Virus record (IMG/VR): IMGVR_UViG_2698536395_000021
Direction: 5' to 3' (one strand)
From: a virus
Taxonomy: Duplodnaviria > Heunggongvirae > Uroviricota > Caudoviricetes
DNA length: 11,498 nucleotides
The position numbers and the translations under genes were made by a program. Under the pieces are notes generated by a model. The model was not told where the DNA came from and searched no databases. It saw only the letters and a program-made list of their open reading frames with translations. Shown here piece after piece: positions 7,099 to 11,498 of this stretch; positions within the stretch are counted from its first letter, which is position 1, and each line of letters opens with the position of its first letter.

Positions 7099-7416
7099 AA
7101 GCTCTTGAAAAGTAAAAAAACATAAAAGTTTTAGAATTTGTGGAGCACAGGATAACAGTTTGTACTGGGACTCATCAAGTACTATCAGTGTCCTTGCACT
7201 GTCCTAGTGAAAATTTATTGCAATAAAGTAACTTACGTGAAGTCAAGAAATATATTTGCACTCCATTTCTTGCTATGATGTAAGTTATTGATTTTAATTA
7301 AATTTACAATTACCTAAATGAACTATGGAAACTATCAATAACATAGATGATAGCTCATTTCACAAAAAGCAATGGTAGACTCATTCTTAATTTTCATCAG
7401 CCTTAAGCCTATGTAC

Positions 7417-8592
7417 TCAGCTTGACACAACATTTATAGACGTTTTACCATCGTATTCAGCCAGGTATTTACCGTAATTGCGGAACAGCATTTCCGGCCC
7501 CTTATGCCCCATCTGCCCGGCAAGCCAGAAAAGGTTTACACCCTGGCTAATGTGTCTGGTGGCGAATGTGTGGCGCGTCTGGTACGGGTTACGGTAGCGC
7601 ACACCAGCTTTTTTCAGGGTCGGCACCCATGCTTTTTTACGGATAGCGTCGGCGTTCGTCCAGGGTTCTCCCGTTTTCGGATCGCTGAATATGAACTCAC
7701 TTTTCATAAAGGTGTATTGCTTCTGCGCCTGCAGGGCTGCCAGCGCCTCACTGTTCAGCTCCACCTTACGGGTACCGGCTTTTGTCTTGGTGCCTTTAAG
7801 TACCCCTACGACACTGGCCGCCTGAACGTGGGCTGTGTTCGCGATGGTGTCGAGATCAGCCCAGCGCAGCGCGCACAGTTCTGAGCTCCGCAGACCTGTA
7901 TTGAAAGCAAAGCGGAACAGGTTTTCCCATTCCCTGTACCTGCAGCTCTGGTAAATGGCAAGGGTCTCCGCTGGCGTGAACGGGTCAACCTCGTAATCGT
8001 CGGCGCTCGGGCTACTGTCGATCACGTGGTACCGGCTGGCGCTGACGAGGGTTACCGGGTTAATGGTCAGCAGGCCATCCGTAACAGCTTCATCAATGGC
8101 GCTGCGCAGAAATGACAGGTTATTCCTGATTGTTTTCAGCTTAGTTTTTCGGCTGGCTATCCAATTTTTTAGTATCGCAGGCGTCAATTCTGTTACATGT
8201 AGTTTATGTAGTTCTGATAGTGCTGATAGACATTTTTCGTAACCGCCAATGGTTGACGGCGACAGATTACGGTTTATGCAAATTTTCAGGTATTCATCAA
8301 GATAGGACTTAATATTTTTGGTTTTCTTTACTACACCGAATAACTCCAGTTTTTTGGAATTGGGGAAATATTTCGCATATTCAAACGTTCCGCTGGCGAT
8401 CTGATTTTGTATCTCCCCTAGCAGGCGCTCAGCATATTTTATACCACGTGTATTTGCCTCAAGCCGAGATAGGGGCTCCCTGCAAAGAACCCCTTTATAT
8501 GTGAAAGTGATAACTAGTGTTGAAGCAGTTTTATGCTTACGAATAGTTACTCCTCTTGGCAGAGATAATAATCCTTGTTCTTTCTTGCCCAT
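7417..8592 (-). CDS. int: Lambda-type tyrosine integrase (phage integrase family)
   Basis: Start taken at the ATG at 8592 (MGKKEQGLLSLPRGV...), with AGAGG 7 nt upstream; the ORF-track start 8619 is 9 codons further up. C-terminal catalytic region ...LRWADLD...RHTFATRHISQGVNLFWLAGQMGHKGPEMLFRNYGKYL has the conserved R/H/Y pattern. 5' end overlapped by an excisionase-like gene, as in lambdoid xis-int. Confidence 0.9.
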   Translation of the reverse strand: MGKKEQGLLSLPRGVTIRKHKTASTLVITFTYKGVLCREPLSRLEANTRGIKYAERLLGEIQNQIASGTFEYAKYFPNSKKLELFGVVKKTKNIKSYLDEYLKICINRNLSPSTIGGYEKCLSALSELHKLHVTELTPAILKNWIASRKTKLKTIRNNLSFLRSAIDEAVTDGLLTINPVTLVSASRYHVIDSSPSADDYEVDPFTPAETLAIYQSCRYREWENLFRFAFNTGLRSSELCALRWADLDTIANTAHVQAASVVGVLKGTKTKAGTRKVELNSEALAALQAQKQYTFMKSEFIFSDPKTGEPWTNADAIRKKAWVPTLKKAGVRYRNPYQTRHTFATRHISQGVNLFWLAGQMGHKGPEMLFRNYGKYLAEYDGKTSINVVSS

Positions 8593-8756
8593 TTTGAAAC
8601 CTCTATTAAGTCGACCCAACGCTCTTTAACCCCGTCGACTTTTAATACATGTACCCCTTCTTTCCATATTCCTCTTTGTATCCGTTTGTTAACGGCATCA
8701 ACCGTTTCTCCCGCGTTGCGGCAGTAGGTTGATATAGGTACGCAATCCAGCCCCAC
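8547..8756 (-). CDS. xis: Excisionase-like small DNA-binding protein (Xis family, tentative)
   Basis: 69 aa ORF starting with GTG, overlapping the int start by about 45 nt. The segment GETVDAVNKRIQRGIWKEGVHVLKVDGVKERWVDLIEVSKWARKNK resembles the lambda Xis winged-helix region (ETVRRWVRE...VKDGREYLF) as I recall it. Start codon uncertain. Confidence 0.6.
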   Translation of the reverse strand: MGLDCVPISTYCRNAGETVDAVNKRIQRGIWKEGVHVLKVDGVKERWVDLIEVSKWARKNKDYYLCQEE

Positions 8757-8764
8757 AGTTCACC

Positions 8765-8911
8765 TCACACAACATTCAGCCCACGACAGTGACACCACAC
8801 TTCAAACATTCGTTTCACAATTTCACGACAGTAGAAACCGTCAACATCTCGCGTCAGGTCATAGCGATTGCCGAATGTCTTGCGAACCCATAACTCAAAA
8901 ACCGTATGCAT
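8765..8911 (-). CDS. Hypothetical 48-aa Cys-rich small protein
   Basis: Hand-translated: MHTVFELWVRKTFGNRYDLTRDVDGFYCREIVKRMFEVWCHCRGLNVV. ATG sits 3 nt after the upstream gene's TGA, same strand as the operon. Below the ORF-track length cutoff; no similarity evidence. Confidence 0.3.
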   Translation of the reverse strand: MHTVFELWVRKTFGNRYDLTRDVDGFYCREIVKRMFEVWCHCRGLNVV

Positions 8912-8914
8912 GTA

Positions 8915-9157
8915 TCACCTCCGTTGCATTGCGCGCAATTTTTTCAGGTGCTTTTCCTGCTCAGTGTCCGCCAGGATTTTGCAATACTGCTGGTGGTCAA
9001 TATGTTCGAACAGGCAGTTGAACTCACCAATGCATACCCGCCCGGAGTGTCCGTCCATACGTCGAAAGAACACAGAGCGGTCCGTACAGCGAGTAATCAC
9101 CACAGGGTATCCGGCCCTGTCCGTGTATATTTGCCCGCGTTGAATAAGTGCGAACAT
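8915..9157 (-). CDS. Hypothetical small phage protein (80 aa)
   Basis: ATG start; co-oriented and close-packed with the surrounding minus-strand operon. Preferred over the overlapping plus-strand ORFs 8868-9143 and 8906-9190 on operon context only. Confidence 0.5.
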   Translation of the reverse strand: MFALIQRGQIYTDRAGYPVVITRCTDRSVFFRRMDGHSGRVCIGEFNCLFEHIDHQQYCKILADTEQEKHLKKLRAMQRR

Positions 9158-9161
9158 GAGA

Positions 9162-9245
9162 TTATCCCCAGCGGCAAATCGAAAAAATAATCAGCGCAAT
9201 CGATATTGCAACACCTACAATTGCAAATGCTTCAGGCCAACTCAT
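9162..9245 (-). CDS. Candidate 27-aa hydrophobic micro-protein (single TM helix)
   Basis: Hand-translated MSWPEAFAIVGVAISIALIIFSICRWG. Its ATG overlaps the upstream stop (ATGA at 9245-9242), and its 3' end TGGGGATAA supplies a GGGG SD for the next gene. No other evidence. Confidence 0.3.
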   Translation of the reverse strand: MSWPEAFAIVGVAISIALIIFSICRWG

Positions 9246-10105
9246 TGACTCACCTCCTGCGGCGGTTCTGGTAGAGGCATCCAGTGGGTTACATCGCATT
9301 CAGGGATGCTGATATCATCACCAAGCCACCCTTGACCTTCAGACCAGCATTGCACGTAATACCCGTATTCTGTGTTCACTACGCACCACTGTGCGTCGTT
9401 CGGCATTAGCTCACTACAGCTTATCCAACCATCCGGAGTTACCGGAACTTGCGGAATGGCTGTCTGCTCTCGAACGTCATTAGGCGCTATAGGTTCTGCT
9501 GCCAACTGACTGGCATATTTGTTAATGGTAACGATAAGCTCTTGCTCAGCCTCATCCAGATAATCACCGATACCTCGCCTGTCACCGTCAAAATCATCGA
9601 AATCGGCACGAATCTTGGCAACCTTCTGGATTGCGGACAACACCTCACTAGGAATTACCGGATAGTTGGTTGACGTTTCCGCGATTTCCCGAAAATTATT
9701 GGTTGACGAATTCTTATTTTCCCGAAAGTTTCTGGCCTGAAGCATGGCGGCGCGGCAGGCATTCCAGCCAGTAGCGTAATATTTCGCATCCTGCCAGCTC
9801 GTTTGTACATTTGAGTACGCTTTTTCCTCTGTCATGGCCTCTGGTATTGATGCCGGTGCAATTCGTGGCAGGCCGATATATAGTGGTACATCTCCCGGCT
9901 CCATCGAATTGACGGGCCAAATATACGCATCACTACCATGGTTAATGAGCGCAATCCCCGAAGTATCGATGATGCCAAATGGCTCCGCTGTCAATGCAGT
10001 CAATGCAATTTCATAAGCCCGACGCTCAATATTGTCTCGCACGTCCAGGCTGCTTATGCGCTCTTTGATTTCTTTAATCAGTTTCTTATCGGTGAAAGTG
10101 GTCAT
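9242..10105 (-). CDS. Lambdoid prophage early-region protein (287 aa); Cys/Trp-rich C-terminal module, possibly DUF551-like
   Basis: ATG start with AAGGAG 6 nt upstream; stop of the upstream gene 1 nt before the ATG. C-terminus ...WISCSELMPNDAQWCVVNTEYGYYVQCWSEGQGWLGDDISIPECDVTHWMPLPEPP is reminiscent of a module common in enterobacterial prophage early genes (from memory; needs HMM confirmation). Confidence 0.75.
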   Translation of the reverse strand: MTTFTDKKLIKEIKERISSLDVRDNIERRAYEIALTALTAEPFGIIDTSGIALINHGSDAYIWPVNSMEPGDVPLYIGLPRIAPASIPEAMTEEKAYSNVQTSWQDAKYYATGWNACRAAMLQARNFRENKNSSTNNFREIAETSTNYPVIPSEVLSAIQKVAKIRADFDDFDGDRRGIGDYLDEAEQELIVTINKYASQLAAEPIAPNDVREQTAIPQVPVTPDGWISCSELMPNDAQWCVVNTEYGYYVQCWSEGQGWLGDDISIPECDVTHWMPLPEPPQEVSQ

Positions 10106-10106
10106 C

Positions 10107-10436
10107 TCACTCTCCTTTGATGCGAATGCCAGCGACGCGTAGTGCGTGTTCTAAGTCAATCAGGCAAAGCCAGCTGCCATTTTCTTTAGGTATCATGACA
10201 TGTCGCTTATCAGCATTTATTGGGTGCCCATATCGAAGGTCGTAGCGAGTCGGTAATTGAACTTCCCTCGCTTCCAGTTCTGTAATGCGTTTGTTTTTAG
10301 CTTCTAGTTCATCCAGCAGCACCAGCACAACCTGCGGTGTGACTTTCATACGAAACGCAAGCAATTTTTGCGGCGTTGCCACGACTTTTATTGCTTCTGC
10401 CGCCTCACGCAGTGCCTGATAGTCAATCTTGCTCAC
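10107..10436 (-). CDS. Hypothetical lambdoid early-region protein (109 aa); possibly Ead/Ea22-like
   Basis: GTG start with AGGAGG 6 nt upstream, overlapping the upstream stop (GTGA). Coiled-coil-like LLDELEAKNKRITELEAREVQ. Family name is a guess from memory. Confidence 0.65.
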   Translation of the reverse strand: MSKIDYQALREAAEAIKVVATPQKLLAFRMKVTPQVVLVLLDELEAKNKRITELEAREVQLPTRYDLRYGHPINADKRHVMIPKENGSWLCLIDLEHALRVAGIRIKGE

Positions 10437-10672
10437 TGGTTGCCTCCTTTACGGATCTGCGCTGCGATGCGCGAAAAAAAAGCCTCCCGCGTATGGCTGT
10501 TAAGAGCTGGCGCGAACGCCGCGTTAAGAACGGCAGCATCACAGCCGTCATCGATATAGAGCGCAATTTTTTTCTCCAGGCGCGCTTTGGCTTCCTGCAA
10601 CTGCATACCCCGGCACGCACGCGGGATATAATCAGCAATTTGAGCGATAGCTTTTTCGTTCTGTTTAAACAT
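10433..10672 (-). CDS. Hypothetical phage protein (79 aa)
   Basis: ATG start; overlaps the upstream gene by 8 nt and the downstream gene by 4 nt. Amino-acid composition looks natural, unlike the overlapping Arg-rich 120-aa ORF 10423-10785. Confidence 0.6.
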   Translation of the reverse strand: MFKQNEKAIAQIADYIPRACRGMQLQEAKARLEKKIALYIDDGCDAAVLNAAFAPALNSHTREAFFSRIAAQIRKGGNQ

Positions 10673-10868
10673 GCTTCACCTCGATAGGCTTGATGGTGTC
10701 TAACAGCAGTCGGCGGCGCGTATTTTCTGCAAAATGGCGGCGTCCAGTTTCTTTGTGGTAAAACTCGTTTTTGCCAACGACCCACATCCGCTCTGTTTGG
10801 TGCAATTTTTTTACCTGCGGGCCATCTTTGGTGATCACGGTACCGGTATGGGTTTTTACGATTGTCAT
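10665..10868 (-). CDS. Hypothetical phage protein (67 aa)
   Basis: ATG at 10868 overlaps the upstream gene's TGA (ATGA at 10868-10865). Confidence 0.6.
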   Translation of the reverse strand: MTIVKTHTGTVITKDGPQVKKLHQTERMWVVGKNEFYHKETGRRHFAENTRRRLLLDTIKPIEVKHV

Positions 10869-11498
10869 GCCACGACCTCTTCGAATTTCAACTCCAATTG
10901 GTCACCCCAGATTTCACATGATTCGGAACACGAACCAGTATCAAACCGCTTGGCCAGCACCATCGCCTGATACAAACTTCTGTAGTCGCTGTCGGCATAC
11001 ATTCTGGCAATCCCGTCAAGCGTCAGGTGACCACGGTACATAACGTCTTTACCTGTTCTGCGATGACCATCCCTGACGTGTTTGCCTGTAACCAGTTCAT
11101 TAAAAACCCGCATCAGACCGGGTTCGTCTTTACATGCAAGCCCCAGCTTTTGCGTTGACTTTTTGATGCAAAAAACACAGTTCCCGAGGTGCTCCGGGAT
11201 TTGCAAATCAAAAGGTTGTTTTTGCCACCACCGGATAACATCCGACTTATCAAAATCTGACAGCTCGGCAAGATACCGGACGCCAGGTTTCGGTTTCAGC
11301 CTACGGGGTTCGTCCGCACGAATACCGAGCCATGTGATGTAATTCCCTCGCCCAAAATGGTCATCGCAATATTTCGTGAAAGGGGTGAGTTTTAGCCTGT
11401 CAGTACAGAATGCGCCGCCGATGTATGAGGTGTACTGGCAATAGCGGCCACTACCATTTGTTCTTTTTTTAAGCAGCCATCTGATGATATTTTTCCCT
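10865..11498 (-). CDS. PAPS-reductase-like (phosphoadenosine phosphosulfate reductase family) phage protein, C-terminal part; N-terminus beyond the window
   Basis: The ORF-track TTG at 11206 is only the first start codon in the window. Hand translation shows the same frame open with no stop from 11497: ...GKNIIRWLLKKRTNGSGRYCQYTSYIGGAFCTDRLKLTPFTKYCDDHFGRGNYITWLGIRADEPRRLKPKPGVRYLAELSDFDKSDVIRWWQKQPFDLQIPEHLGNCVFC... LGIRADE and the following W-rich and Cys motifs fit the PAPS reductase family as found in lambdoid prophages (from memory). Confidence 0.6.
   Translation of the reverse strand, partial: GKNIIRWLLKKRTNGSGRYCQYTSYIGGAFCTDRLKLTPFTKYCDDHFGRGNYITWLGIRADEPRRLKPKPGVRYLAELSDFDKSDVIRWWQKQPFDLQIPEHLGNCVFCIKKSTQKLGLACKDEPGLMRVFNELVTGKHVRDGHRRTGKDVMYRGHLTLDGIARMYADSDYRSLYQAMVLAKRFDTGSCSESCEIWGDQLELKFEEVVA

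Noticed and set aside
7504-7988. 126-aa plus-strand and 60-aa minus-strand ORFs
   Set aside because: Inside the lambda-type integrase gene (antisense or alternative frame).
8868-9190. Plus-strand ORFs of 91 and 94 aa
   Set aside because: Opposite to the direction of the whole operon and overlapping the minus-strand 80-aa ORF, which is translationally coupled to its neighbours; kept as less likely.
9449-10120. Plus-strand ORFs of 74, 60 and 60 aa and a minus-strand ORF of 68 aa
   Set aside because: All embedded in the 287-aa minus-strand gene.
10865-11206. The 113-aa ORF as a complete gene
   Set aside because: Its TTG is simply the first start codon in the window; the frame stays open to base 11497, so the gene is called as partial (10865-11498).
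10368-11342. Plus-strand ORFs (63, 103, 78, 90, 86 aa) and the minus-strand Arg-rich 120-aa ORF 10423-10785
   Set aside because: Antisense or alternative-frame to the coupled minus-strand operon; the 120-aa translation is extremely Arg-rich and overlaps two better-supported genes.

Overview
This window looks like a stack of mobile elements from an enterobacterial (E. coli/Shigella-like) chromosome, with one candidate undescribed system as cargo. All calls are from reading the sequence and ORF track by eye; no search or computation was run. Left to right: (1) 1-381, the right end of an IS3-family insertion sequence (IS600-like) with the C-terminal part of its transposase. (2) 503-3971, a visibly AT-rich two-gene cassette on the + strand: a soluble histidine-kinase-like protein (coiled coil, His-box, HATPase_c motifs) followed 1 nt later by a receiver (REC)-like protein with a ~450 aa C-terminal domain I cannot assign. 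I flag this as a candidate two-component-type phage-defence module, reminiscent of Detocs but not identical. (3) 4043-5727, minus strand: a small 4-TM membrane protein and a P4-type (IntA-like) tyrosine integrase. (4) 5825-5916: an intrinsic terminator and a 25-bp copy of the tmRNA (ssrA) 3' end, i.e. an att core without the rest of the gene. (5) 5976-11498: the int-proximal end of a lambdoid prophage on the minus strand (membrane-protein cargo gene, lambda-type integrase, overlapping excisionase-like gene, and a translationally coupled early operon ending in a PAPS-reductase-like gene that runs off the window). The ORF track uses ATG/GTG/TTG starts, so several starts were re-chosen. Most other + strand ORFs opposite the minus-strand genes are treated as antisense artefacts.
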